Of a stretch of DNA of 64,000 bases, positions 48,990-61,210 are shown in pieces. Under the pieces are notes generated by a model, which did not search any database, had not been told where the DNA came from, and saw nothing but the letters and a program-made list of their open reading frames with translations. The position numbers and the translations under genes were made by a program. Within the stretch, counting starts at the first letter, position 1, and the number at the start of each line of letters is the position of its first letter. The DNA is from Mustelus asterias (taxonomy: Eukaryota). The DNA is taken from assembly GCF_964213995.1 (NCBI RefSeq), contig NC_135816.1:61504001-61568000 (forward strand), given 5' to 3'.

Positions 48990-51900
48990 TCACAAGTCCA
49001 GACGGTCTGGAGGACCGCACCGACGCTGCGATCTCCTCAACACCGGTTGCGAAACCGGAGCAGGTGCCGATCTCTTCAACACCGGTTGCGAAAACGGAGC
49101 AGGTGCTTGTGGTGGCGCTCTTAAAGTAACGTCTGGCTGTCCCCTCAAGGACTCCCGGGCCGGCCGGCCCTGGTGAGGCGATGGTGCAGGGGATCCTGGA
49201 ACGTTTGGTGGTAGTGGTGGTGGTGATGATGATGGTGGCGCCGATCTCCGAGTCTCAGGCAAGCTGTACATGGGAGTAAAAGTGTTATGCACTGGTCCCG
49301 GTGCTGACCGCGCCACGTCTGGGGAAGTAATGAGGAGTAGTGGATTTGTGACTGGGGGAATAGGAGCGACAGGGGTTGCTACGTCCCCTGCGGGCGCCAG
49401 GTCTCTAATGGAGACAGTGTCCTCTCGCCCGTCAGGATATGCCACATAGGCATACTGAGGGTTGGCGTGGAGGAGTTGGACCGGTTCGACCAAGGGGTCG
49501 GACTTGCGAGCCCTCACATGGCGCCGCAGAAGGACGGGTCCTGGGTACGTCAACCAGGCTGGCAATGAGGTCCCCGAGGACGACTTCCGAGGGAATGAGA
49601 ACATCCTCTCGTGGGGAGTAGCATTGGTTGCCGTACACAGGAGGGAGCGGATAGCATGGAGCGCATTTGGAAGGACCTCCTGCCAACGGGAGACTGGAAG
49701 GCCCCTGGATTTCAGTGCCAGTAGGACAGCCTTCCAGACTGTAGCATTCTCCCTTTCCACCTGTCCGTTACCCCTAGGGTTGTAGCTCGTGGTTCTACTA
49801 GAGGCAATCCCGAATGAGAGCAGGAATTGCCTCAAGTCGTTGTTCATGAACGACGAGCCCCTGTCGCTATGAATATAGCAGGGGTACCCGAACAGGGTAA
49901 AAAGTTCACTGAAAACCTTGATGACGGTGGCAGTTGACGTGTCCGCACAGGGGAAAACAAACAGAAACCGGGAATACTCGTCTATTATATTGAGAAAATA
50001 GACATTCCGGTCCGTTGAGGGAAGGGGGCCCTTAAAATCCACACTCAGCCTCTCAAAAGGGCGAGTGGCCTTGACCAATTGTGCCCGGTCTGGTCGATAA
50101 AAGTGTGGTTTGCATTCTGCGCAAATCCGACAGCTTCTAGTTACTGACCTGACATCCTCCACCGAGTAGGGCAGGTTGCGGGCTTTGGTGAAGTGGTAGA
50201 GTCTGGTGACTCCAGGATGACACAGATCATTGTGGAGAGCCTTCAAGCGGTCCTCCTGCATGATGGCGCATGTTCCGCGCGAGAGGGCATCCGAGGGCTC
50301 ATTGAGCTTCCCTGGACGATACATAATATCGTAATTATAGGTGGAGAGCTCAATTCTCCACCGCAAGATCTTATCGTTCTTGATCTTGCCCCTCTGCGTG
50401 TTACTGAACATAAACGCCACGGATCGTTGATCCGTGATCAGGGTGAACCGCTTACCTGCCAGGTAATGGCGCCAGTGTCTGACTGCCTCCACAATGGCCT
50501 GAGCCTCCTTTTCCACCGCTGAGTGCCGAATTTCTGGGCCTTGAAGGGTGCGGGAAAAAAACGCGACGGGCCTGCCTGCCTGGTTTAGTGTGGCGGCTAG
50601 GGCGAAGTCAGATGCATCACTCTCCACCTGGAAAGGGATGGATTCATCCACCGCGTGCATCGTGGCTTTCGAGATGTCGCTCTTCAAAACCTTGAAGGTC
50701 AATTGGGCCTCCGGCGTAAGTGGGAAGGTCGTGGACTTAATGAGCGGACGAGCTTTGTCCGCGTAGTTGGGGACCCACTGTGCATAATATGAAAAGAACC
50801 CGAGGCATCTCCTCAGTGCCTTCGTGCTAGCGGGCAAGGGAAGTTCAGTGAGTGGGCGCATACGGTCTGGATCAGGGCCAATGACCCCGTTTTCCACCAT
50901 GTATCCGAGGATGGCTAACCTACGCGTACGGAATACGCACTTCTCCCTGTTATAGGTCAGATTCAGGCGAGATGCAGTGCGCAGAAAGTGTTGGAGATTC
51001 GTGTCGTGGTCCTGCTGGTCATGGCCACAGATGGTGACGTTATCCAGGTACGGGAAGGTAGCCCGCAACCCGTTCTGGTCCACCATTCGGTCCATAGCAC
51101 GCTGGAAGACCGAGACCCCATTGGTGACACCAAATGGAACCCTGAGGAATTGGTATAGACGACCATCCGCCTCAAAAGCCGTATATTGTCGGTCCTCTGG
51201 GCGGATGGGGAGTTGATGGTAGGCGGACTTAAGGTCTATGGTAGAAAACACTCGGTACTGCGCAATCTGATTGACCATATCAGAAATGCGCGGGAGAGGA
51301 TACGCATCCAGCTGCGTGTATCTATTAATGGTCTGACTATAGTCGATGACCATCCGAGGTTTGTTCCCGCTTTTGACTACCACGACCTGCGCTCTCCACG
51401 GACTAGCACTGGCCTGTATGATCCCTTCCTTGAGGAGCCGCTGAACCTCAGATCTAATAAAGATCCGGTCCTCAGTGCTGTAACGCCTACTTTTAGTAGC
51501 GATGGGCTTGCAGCCAGGTACCAGATTTTTAAAAAGGGATGGTGTCGTGATCTTCAGGGTGGATAAATTGCACGCGGGGCGCTTTGGGCAATTTGGAGGC
51601 TGCGGCTGATTCCCTACTGCCAGTGAAGGGAGTGGCCCACCGTACTGTAGGATCACACTCTTCATGTGGACCATAAAGTTTAGTCCGAGGAGAATTGGCG
51701 CGCAAAGGTGAGGTAGCACAAGGAGCCTGAATTGCTCGTAAACTGTGCCCTGTACCTCAAGAGTTACCATACATCGTCCTTGGATCGATACAGACCGGGA
51801 CTGTGATGCCATGGAAATTGTCTGTTTGGCAGGGAGAACCCGGAGTCCACACCTTTTAGCAGTTTCAGGGTGTATGAAACTTTCGGTGCTCCCACTGTCA

Positions 51901-52170
51901 AACAGACAATTCACAGTTCTGCCACTAACCTTTACCTCCATCATAGAATGTTCCAGTCTGTAATGCCTGGTCTGATCCAGAGAGATCGACGCCACCGTTG
52001 GCCCCTGGGCGTCACTGCATGCTGCCGATGTGGATGCTGAGGACCCCTGCTGGTCGCTGCTGCATGCTGCCGATGTGGATGCTGAGGACCCCTGCTGGTC
52101 GCTCCTAGTCGTCGTGGACCATGATGGCCGCCCCCATGAATCGCACGTGGGCGAGGGCGCCAACGCAGCG
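48990..52170 (-). CDS. Gypsy Pol (protease, RT, RNase H, integrase)
   Basis: LFDSGS, YLDN, ESDAS, HPG...C..C, VDFKGP, HSDRG, GNGQVER. Confidence 0.93.
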
Positions 52171-53068
52171 ACTCCTGGTGGTCTTCCTCCTCCTCTGTCT
52201 GCCACGATGGCGCCGTCCTGAGATCGCACGTGGTCGGACCTCGTGGGTACTGCGACGCCAAAAGAGATGGTCTCCGTTCTGGAGGGTTACAAGCTGCACT
52301 GTCGTTTTTAGGTTTGGACCTGCAGACTTTGCCGTAGTGGCCTTTTTTACCGCACTGGCTGCAGATTGCCGTTCTTGCCGGACACTGTTGCCGTGGATGC
52401 TTGGCCCCACCGCAAAAATAGCATCGCTGGCCACCTGGAGCTGCCGCCGTCGTCGAATCGATCTGGGAGCGCGGGTTCGCGGGGCGAGGAGGGAGCAGAG
52501 CTTGCTCCAACCACGTTGACTGCACGTGGTCCTCGGGGTACAGCGCCAAGCTCTTCGACGCCGCCTCCAACCTCACGGCCATCCCCATTGCCTGGGTCAA
52601 GTTGAGTTTCCCCTTTTCTAGCAATTTAAGCCTGATGTACGAGGACCCTACCCCTGCTACGAACGCGTCTCGGGCGAGGTCGTACATATACTGCTCGGCG
52701 GAGACGTCCTTACAGTCGCAACCCCTGGCAAGCTGCAGGAGCTCATTGGCATAATCCTCTATGGTTTCGCCCGACTGCCGACGTCGTGTAGCGAGGAGGT
52801 AACGAGCATGTATCTCGTTGGGTGGCATAATGTACCTATTCTTTAGGAGCTCGACGGCACCCTGGTAAGTGGGAGCTGCACGAATGGCTAGGTAAATCGT
52901 GTCGCTTACCCTCGCGTGGAGGACCTGGAGTCTATCACTGTCCATAGTGATAGCTACCGAGGCTGCCAGGTAGTCCTCAAAGCACTTCCACCAATGGTCG
53001 AATGTGTTAGCTGCACCGACCGCACGTGGGTCCAGTGTCAGACGATCCGGTTTTAGGATCTGTTCCAT
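51941..53068 (-). CDS. Gypsy Gag with two CCHC zinc knuckles
   Basis: CYFCGGAKHPRQQC and CSQCGKKGHYGKVC. Confidence 0.9.
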   Translation of the reverse strand: MEQILKPDRLTLDPRAVGAANTFDHWWKCFEDYLAASVAITMDSDRLQVLHARVSDTIYLAIRAAPTYQGAVELLKNRYIMPPNEIHARYLLATRRRQSGETIEDYANELLQLARGCDCKDVSAEQYMYDLARDAFVAGVGSSYIRLKLLEKGKLNLTQAMGMAVRLEAASKSLALYPEDHVQSTWLEQALLPPRPANPRSQIDSTTAAAPGGQRCYFCGGAKHPRQQCPARTAICSQCGKKGHYGKVCRSKPKNDSAACNPPERRPSLLASQYPRGPTTCDLRTAPSWQTEEEEDHQESLRWRPRPRAIHGGGHHGPRRLGATSRGPQHPHRQHAAATSRGPQHPHRQHAVTPRGQRWRRSLWIRPGITDWNIL

Positions 53069-53720
53069 ACTCTCTGTTTTTTCCTTCTTGTTGCACAGTT
53101 GTGAGTTTTCTGTTTACTTTATTAAATTGATGCGCGTCAATAAGCACATGGAATCAAGGCTTCGGTATTGAAGGCTTTAATAAAGTAACAAGGGAACTAC
53201 TAACACAAATACACCAGTTCAGACTGAAGGGGTCCTGCCAGAGCAGGGGGTCTTATACCCTGCCACCGGAGACGGGACCCCACTGGAATGTGCCACGATA
53301 ACTCTCATAACAGGTAAACACCCTAACCCAACAACATAGTACAACCCCCACAGTAATAACACCCTAGCCCAACAGTAACATGGTAACAAACCCCAGTGGT
53401 GAACCAACGATGGTTCACCACACTGAACCATGGATGGTTATCACTATGGGTACTTGTACATATGTTACTCTGCTTGCTGTTGGGGTTAGGGTTGGGGTGT
53501 TCTACCTGTTGGTATTGTTCTGTGGTACACTCCAGTTGGCTCCGCCTTCCTATAGGGGTATAAAGGTCACTGCACTTCCTAGTGACCCTTTAGTCTAGGA
53601 TTGTATGGTTAAGCAGTATGCTCTATTCTTGTTGCTAATACAAGCCTTTATTTCCCGAGTACGATCGAGCATCTCGAGTGAATTAATCGCGCATCACACA
53701 GTCACATCCATAGCAGCAGC

Positions 53721-53975
53721 AGCGGCATGGTGGCACAGTGGTTAGCACTGCTGTCTCACAGCGCCAGGGACCCAGGTTCAATTCCGTCCTTGAGTGACTC
53801 TGTGGAGATTGCGCATTGTCCCCCTGTCTGCATGGGTTTCCTCTGGGTGCTCTGGTTTCCCATAGTCCAAAGATGTACGGGTTAGGTGGATTGGCTATGC
53901 TAAATTGCCGCTTAGTGTACAAAGATATGTAATTAGGTGGATTTGCTATGGTAAATATGCAGGGTTACGGGGCGG
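53721..53975 (+). mobile_element. 3'-truncated HE1/V-SINE-type SINE
   Basis: Head and V core present. Confidence 0.75.
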
Positions 53976-55893
53976 AGGGGATGATGAAACATGTCATTGA
54001 TAGCACTATCAAGTTGCACTTACTCAGCAATAACCTGCTCAGTGATGGCCAGTTTGGGGGTTCCGCTAGGGACACTCAGCTCCTGACCTCATTATAGCCT
54101 TGGTCTAAACATGGACAAAAGAGCTGAACTCAAGAGGTAAGGTGAGAGTGACTGCCATCTTCTCCATCCAGAAAGGAAATTGGGCCATTCCAAAATTAGC
54201 CTAGTAAAGATCAGCAGCAAATGACAAGGATGTGGAGCAGTTGATAGACTCCACCGCTTGCCTTCATATATCTAACCACAGGTATGGAATGTGAAGGTAG
54301 CAGCATTCCTCGTCAAAAATAAACATATGGTAGGAATCTGACAACATCACCCCATGTTCCCAGTTTTCTTATTCCACCACTCTGCAACAGCTCCCTTACT
54401 TTCACTTTCAACCCTCATCCCTGCTCGAGCCATCTCCTCCCAATGATAAAATGCACACTTCTGAATTTTCAAATCCAAGGGTCTTGGGCTCAGCTTTCTT
54501 ATCATGTGACTGCTCTGGTCACAGGTCTGGCACAACCACCAAAGAAAATCACCACGTTCTCTCCAAAACTAAATTATCTTATTACTCCCAGAGTAGCGAG
54601 GGGTATGGTGAATGGAATGCAAGGGTAATATAGAGTCCTGTCCTATCCCACAGTCACCACCTCTGAACATCTGAAAAATGGATAAAAAGGGCGGACACCC
54701 ATGAATCAAAAGAATAAGAATCATGGATGAGCTATCAAATACAAAACAAACAGCTTACTTAGCAAATACAGAAAATGCTGGAAAATCTCAGCAGGTCTAA
54801 CAGCATCTGTGGATCGAGAACAGAACTAACATTTCAAGTCTAGATGATTGCGTCAGAGCTGAAGAGAAATGGAAATAGGGTAAAATTTATACTTGTGTGG
54901 GGGAGGGGTTGTTGGGGTGGAGCAGTAGGGGCCAAATAGAAGGTCAGTGATAGGTGGAGGCTCGGGAGGGATTGACAAAGATGTCTTGGGCAAGAATACA
55001 AAAGAAATGTAAATGGCTAAGAAGAGTGCTGATAGTGGCACATTAAGAGATCAGAATCTGTTAATGGCAGAATAAAGATAAGCAGTGTGACAAAGGACAA
55101 CCTGGAGCAGGTAACAGACGACCCTAGTGGGGTGGGCTGGGGGAGGGAGCTTCTTATTTCTGAATCTCACAATATTTTGCAGCCACGTTACCATTTACAC
55201 TTGCAGTGAACACGGACACAAAATCGCAGCAATTGGATCCCCATAGGGACCGATAACTTTTAAACAGTGATTAATTTCACTGCAGCTGACAGGTGTCACC
55301 AAAGAAGAAGATTTCACATTTTAAACTTCCATTGTAACAAACTAAAATGAACATCGATCAAACACTACCTAACAGATAATTAATATATCAAACTAAAGAA
55401 AATACATTTTTGCATTAACTAACTAATGCAATTGATATGTGACTTCCTACCCCTTTTTGCTGTGTGCTGAACTTCTGACAGCTATGTAAAATTACAGGAA
55501 GTTTCATACTCATTCCTAGCACTCCAACAGGCTCACTTCTCCCAGTCACAACGTAGCCTTCGAATATTGTTCCATTCAACCCGAGTTTTCCAGATTCAAT
55601 TTACACAGCAAGACCCACATTGGTAACTCCCTTTTCCATAAAGGGAGGTGCGTCTGTTCTGATCCCTTCCGTTTGAGTAGAAAACAAACTCTCACAAGCA
55701 TCCTGCTTGGCTGTTCAGCATTCGCCCTGCCAAGTCCCTTCAGGATCTTACGTGTTCCAATGAGATAATCCCTCAATCTTCTAAACTCCAATGGATACAG
55801 GCCCAACCTGCCCAACTTTATCTCATAAGGTAACCCCCTCGCAGGTATCAGTCAAGTGCAATCTTCTCTGAACTGCTGCCAACTCATATTTCC

Positions 55894-56056
55894 TTCCACA
55901 GGTTAGATTGATTGGCCGTGCTAAATTGCCCCTTAATGTCAGGGGGACTGGCAGGGTAAATACGTGGGGTTACTGGGAGAGGGCCTGGGTGGGATTGTTG
56001 TCGGTGCAGGCTCAATGGGCCGAATGGCCTCATTCTGCACTATAGGGATTCTATGA
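55894..56056 (+). mobile_element. HE1-type SINE 3' half
   Basis: GGTTAGATTGATTGGCC...GGGATTCTATG. Confidence 0.75.
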
Positions 56057-56137
56057 TATCTCTGATTTATCACAGATATCAACAACAAATCAGTATTTAT
56101 ATGAGAGAAATATAAGTAATGGATAATATTGACTTAC

Positions 56138-56878
56138 CCTTCAAAACCAGCAGATTGAAATTCACTTTCTGATCATTAAAAAAGCCGGCAATCGCTACTC
56201 GGCAGCAATACCAGCCACTGTCTCCTTTACCGAGATTATCCACAGTGAGAGATACATCCCCTTCCTCTATTTTACCATCAAGGTGGTATTTTGTGGAGTG
56301 TAAGCTACAGTTTTCCCATTCGTTCTAATCACTGTCCATGAACAGCTGAATACAGAGCACCTTCCCCTGCCCCAGCACATTGCAGTTTCACCATTCTGAG
56401 TGACAGAGTATGTGCAGGGCAGTGTGACTGACTGTCCCAGGAATCCTCGCACTTCAGATCCCCTTACAGAGGGGACTGGACCTGAAACAATCCAGATAAA
56501 GACAGTAATAATTCAGTGTCCATTGCAGTGACAGAGAAAGTGGATGGAGTATGGTCAGACAGGCGCGGAAAACTGCAAATACCAGCTCGTGTGTAAGACA
56601 GGAGCAAGAGTAGGACATTCAGTCATGGAGCTTGCTCCAACCATTCAGTTAGATCAAGGCTGGTTAGCTAGATCAAACCCTCATTATTTAGCAACTCCAC
56701 CCCTTACTATTCTGGTAGATTAGTGTTGTATCCCTTATAAAGTCAGTATGTATTTTTAAATAACTTATATTAACTTGATACAATGCAAAAAAAATCTAAA
56801 ATTCAGCAACTTACCTAAAGTAAGAATTAATATAGTGAAATGAGGCACCAGCTCAGTTACTAACAAGCTGCTGAACAT
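56138..56878 (-). pseudogene. TIM-family gene B: leader exon 56815-56878 (MFSSLLVTELVPHFTILILTLG) plus IgV exon 56138-56481 with a 4-nt deletion frameshift near 56300
   Basis: Same splice sites as gene A. Exon is 344 nt versus 348 nt. After the frameshift the homologous frame reads STKYHLDGKIEEGDVSLTVDNLGKGDSGWYCCRVAIAGFFND. Could be an assembly error. Confidence 0.8.
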
Positions 56879-57069
56879 TGCAGATTAGAATGATCTGAGT
56901 GAATGATATAAATCGTCTGGCTGGAGTTGAACATCTGGTTAGTTCTGTACTGATGTGCTTGATAAGAGTTTGAGGCGCCGGTACTCAGGCTGTGCTTCTA
57001 GCTGAGTGTAAGGCACTTTCCCCTGCCTTAGCACATTCTAGTTTCACCTTTCTCTCTGACATGGTATCT

Positions 57070-57350
57070 GCAGTGTATCCCAGGGATCCTCACACCTCAG
57101 ATCCTCTTACAGAGGGGACTGGACCCGAAACAATCCAGATAAAGACAGTAATAATTCAGTGCAGTGGCAGAGAAAGTGTACAGAGAATGAACAAACAGGC
57201 AAAGAGCACAATTATCAGCCAGATTGTATCAATTACTCGCTGGCACGTATGATACAATGCAAGAAAATTATTGTTTTTCCAGAAACTTACCTAAAAAACA
57301 ATAATTGTACAGTCAAATAAGCCACAACACAAGCAATTGCTCTGGACACC
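57070..57350 (-). pseudogene. TIM-family fragment C (degenerate leader plus first ~50 nt of IgV exon)
   Basis: Copy of the A/B intron-exon junction with acceptor CAG>CGG, in-frame CGA>TGA stop and truncation. Leader-like exon with GTAAG donor but no ATG. Confidence 0.75.
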
Positions 57351-58331
57351 AGTTGCAGACTGGAACAATCTAAGTTACATCCGTTATAGAATCTGGCCAG
57401 TTGAACTTTAGATTCTAATATTAGTTCCGAGAGGGATAAGATTTTCCTTCACGTATTCACAATTTGTTCTTCCCCAGTAATGTACAACCCTGTGAAATGA
57501 GACAAGTCATTATCAATCATATATTTTCCACACTGGCTTTACCACCAATATATCCAGCTGCCACAGTGTTGGTTTACATTCCAAGTTCTTTGCCTTAAAA
57601 ACATTTAACATTCTATTAAGTCCTTTCAGTTTGTGTTTGTCTTTAAGGAAAAATATTAAACTAGGTTTGCACTACTGAGCCAATGTTTGGTATCTTTCAA
57701 TTTTGAATGAGTTTTTTAAATTCATTCGTGGGACATGGGCATCACTGGCTATCCAGCATTTATTTCCCATCCCTAGTTGCCCTTGGAGGGCAGATGAGAG
57801 TCAACCACATTTCTGTGGCTCTGGAGTCACATGTAGACTAGACCAGGTAACAACGGCAGATTTCCTTCTAAAAGGACATTAGTGAACCAGATGGGTTTTT
57901 CCAACAATCGACAATAGTATCATGGTCATCAGTAGATTCTTAAATCCAGGGTCTTTAAATTTAATTCAAATTCCACCATTTACCATGGTGGGATTTGAAC
58001 CCGGGTCCCCAAAACATTAGCTGAGTTTCTGGATTAATAGTCTAATGATAATACTACTAGGCCATTGCCTCCCCCTTCTATGCTCTGACAATATCGTCAC
58101 ATCAACAGCAACATATGACACATGCCTTTCAATAAGTATGAGGAGTAGGAGGCTCAACAAGCTGAAGTGGGAGGCTTAATGGAGTTTGAAAAGTTGGAGG
58201 AAAGTTGTTAGGTCCAGGATGGCAATGGGATGGTTTGAGTGGTTACAGTCTCCAGATGTTCTTTGCACATATTGAATTACTTTGTCTCATTTGTCAGAAA
58301 CTTCTGAATTACAAGCTAATGTGCATCTTCT

Positions 58332-58672
58332 GGGCAGCACGGTGACACAGTGGTTAGCACTGCTGCCTCATAGCTCCAGGGACCTGAGTTCGATTCCTGA
58401 CTTGGGTCACTGTCTGTGTGGAGTTTGCACATTCTCCCTGTGTCTGCGGGGGTTTCCTCCGGGTGCTCCGGTTTCCTCCCACAGTCCAAAGATGTGCAGG
58501 TTAGGTTGATTGGCCATGCTAAATTGCCCCTTAGTGTCCTGGGGTGTGTATGTTGGAGGGAATAGCAGGGTAAATATGTGGGATTTTGGGGATAGGGCCT
58601 GGGTGGGATTGTTGTTGGTGCAGACTTGATGGGCCAAATGGCCTTCTTCTGCACTGTAGGGTTTCTATGATT
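58332..58672 (+). mobile_element. HE1/V-SINE-type SINE
   Basis: Head/core/tail intact. Confidence 0.88.
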
Positions 58673-59997
58673 CCTAAAATGAATGATCTTGGATCCCTTA
58701 CGGAAAGAAGAATCTGATTCACTGTTTAGCAACTCCAGAGATTCCAATCCCTAAGAGGGTACCTTAATTATTCAACAACAACTCAGACACAAGAACCTGG
58801 GAGGATGTAGATGGGGAGAGTATATATCTTAGCATGAAATCCACAGCACCAGTAAACAGGAAGACTTGGGGTGGAATCGTCATAGAATCACAGAATAGCA
58901 CAGCGCAGAAGGAAGCCATTCAGCCCACTGTTCTAGCTCCTTTTCTAATACTTTTGTGAAATCTGTGGTTTGAATTTCTTTCTAGGACTTGAACACAAAA
59001 ATTTAAGTTGACACTCCTGTGAAGTATATTGAAACTTTTGTATGAATCTGCGTTCCTTCATGCTCCCCACATTTTTTCAAAAACTTTGGCCATCTATAGA
59101 GGCGGGATGTTGGAGCAAACAATTTTGCCGCCATTTCCTTTTTGATCACGGCCTCTGTTCAGACCTGTTTCAGGCAACAAAAATCCAGCCCGTATTCTCT
59201 GATTCTTCTAAATTCCAATGTGTATAGGTCCAGCCTGCTCCACCTTTCCTCATTAGGCATGGCTTCTATTAAAAGCTTTTCAATTAATGTCATGTGAATT
59301 AGTTAATTAGTAACAATTACCAACAGGTAGTGATGGTTTGATGCTCAACCTCTTGAATTCAGACCTCCTCCTGCAGGTACAGTGCCCCAAGAGGGTGACC
59401 ATAGATCTCCATTGGATTGGTACATGATTATGCTTGGCAAAGTACTGCAGTGTTATGTCATTCCCTTCAGCAGTAAAGCTGACCAGTGTTAAGAAATAGA
59501 TATAGTGTCAAGTAATTTACATTTAATTTTGTGGATACTAGGAATAAAATATAACTTTCAGTAGGACTTTTTGTTTTCATATTTGTGTTAGGAAAGGGTT
59601 ATAAACTTCAGTTTATTTTCAATTTAAACTTTGTCTGCATTGTATTGAGGCTTTATGACAATAAATTAAAAACTGGGCTGTTGCCTAGCAATCAAGGACC
59701 TACACAGGAAAACAGAAACAGTTTGAATTCAGTTAGAAGAAGGTAACCCAGAAGCAAGGAGCTTTTCACAGAAACTGCTGGAATAGGGACATGAAGTGAG
59801 AAAACCCAAAACTAAAGAACAGAAAAGCCTAAGAAATCAGGGAACAGGACAGAAGAGAGTTCCAGGAAGACAGTAAAAGGATTAATAATCACACAAGTTT
59901 AAAGATCAAAAAGCTGCAAGCTGCTCAACTGAGAAAACACAGTAAGAATTTTAACAACACCAGGTTAAAGTCCAACAGGTTTAATTGGTAGCAAATG

Positions 59998-60034
59998 CCA
60001 CTAGCTTTCAGAGCGCTGCTCCTTCGTCAGATGG
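59998..60034 (-). ncRNA. Hammerhead ribozyme motif
   Basis: CCAU CUGACGA A GGAGC-AGC-GCUCU GAAA GCU A GUGG. Confidence 0.75.
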
Positions 60035-61210
60035 AGTGGAAATGTGCTCTCAAACAGGGCACAGAGACACAAAATCAAGTTACAGAATACTGATTAGAAT
60101 GCAAATCGCTACAGCCAACCAGGTCTTAAAGATACAGACAATGCGAGTGGAGGGAGCATTAAGCACAGGTTAAAGAGATGTGTATTGTCTCCAGCCAGGA
60201 CAGCCAGTGAGATTCTGCAAGTCCAGGAGGCAAGCTGTGGGGGTTACTGATAATGTGACATAAATCCAACATCCCGGTTTAGGCCGTCCTCATGCGTGCG
60301 GAACTTGGCTATCAGTTTCTGCTCAGCGACTCTGCGCTGTCGTGTGTCATGAAGGCTGCCTTGGAGAACGCTTACCTGAAGATCAGAGGCTGAATGCCCG
60401 TGACTGCTGAAGTGCTCCCCCACAGGAAGAGAACAGTCTTGCCTGATGATTGTCGAGCGGTGTTCATTCATCCGTTGTCGTAGCGTCTGCATGGTTTCCC
60501 AATGTACCATGCCACAGGACATCCTTTCCTGCAGCGTATCAGGTAGACAATGTTGGCCAAGTTGCAAGAGTAGGTACCGTGTACCTGGTAGATGGTGTTC
60601 TCACGTGAGATGATGGCATCCATGTCGATGATCCGGCATGTCTTGCAGAGGTTGCTGTGGCAGGGTTGTGTGGTGTCGTGGTCACTGTTCTCCTGAAGGC
60701 TGGGTAGTTTGCTGCGGACAATGGTCTGTTTGAGGTTGTGCGGTCGTTTGAAGGCAAGAAGTGGGGGTGTGGGGATGGCCTTGGCGAGATGTTCGTCTTC
60801 ATCAATGACATGTTGAAGGCTCCGGAGGAGATGCCGTAGCTTCTCCGCTCCGGGGAAGTACTGGATGACGAAGGGTACTCTGTCCACCGTGTCCCGTGTT
60901 TGTCTTCTGAGGAGGTCGGTGCGGTTTTTCGCTGTGGCGCGTCGGAACTGTCGATCGATGAGTCGAGCGCCATATCCTGTTCTTATGAGGGCATCTTTCA
61001 GCGTCTGGAGGTGTCTGTTGCAATCCTCCTCATCCGAGCAGATCCTGTCTGGAGACAATACACATCTCTTTAACCTGTGCTTAATGCTCCCTCCAGTCAC
61101 ATTGTCTGTATCTTTAAGACCTGGTTGGTTGTAGAGATTCGCATTCTAATCAGTATTCTGTAACTTGATTTTGTGTCTCTGTATGCCCTGTTTGAGAGCA
61201 GATATCCACT

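Larger units (their letters stand above)
48623..53422 (-). mobile_element. Full-length young Ty3/Gypsy LTR retrotransposon
   Basis: 295-bp LTRs (53128-53422, 48623-48917) with ~3 mismatches, TG...CA, TSD CTGAA, polypurine tract AAAGGAGGGGTGAA, gag plus PR-RT-RH-IN. Confidence 0.96.
48584..53696 (+). mobile_element. Solo LTR (48584-48622 plus 53428-53696) that hosts the full-length Gypsy
   Basis: TGTGGTGAACC...GCGCATCA, 5-bp TSD CACAG (48579-48583/53697-53701). Homologous to 23552-23858. Confidence 0.88.
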
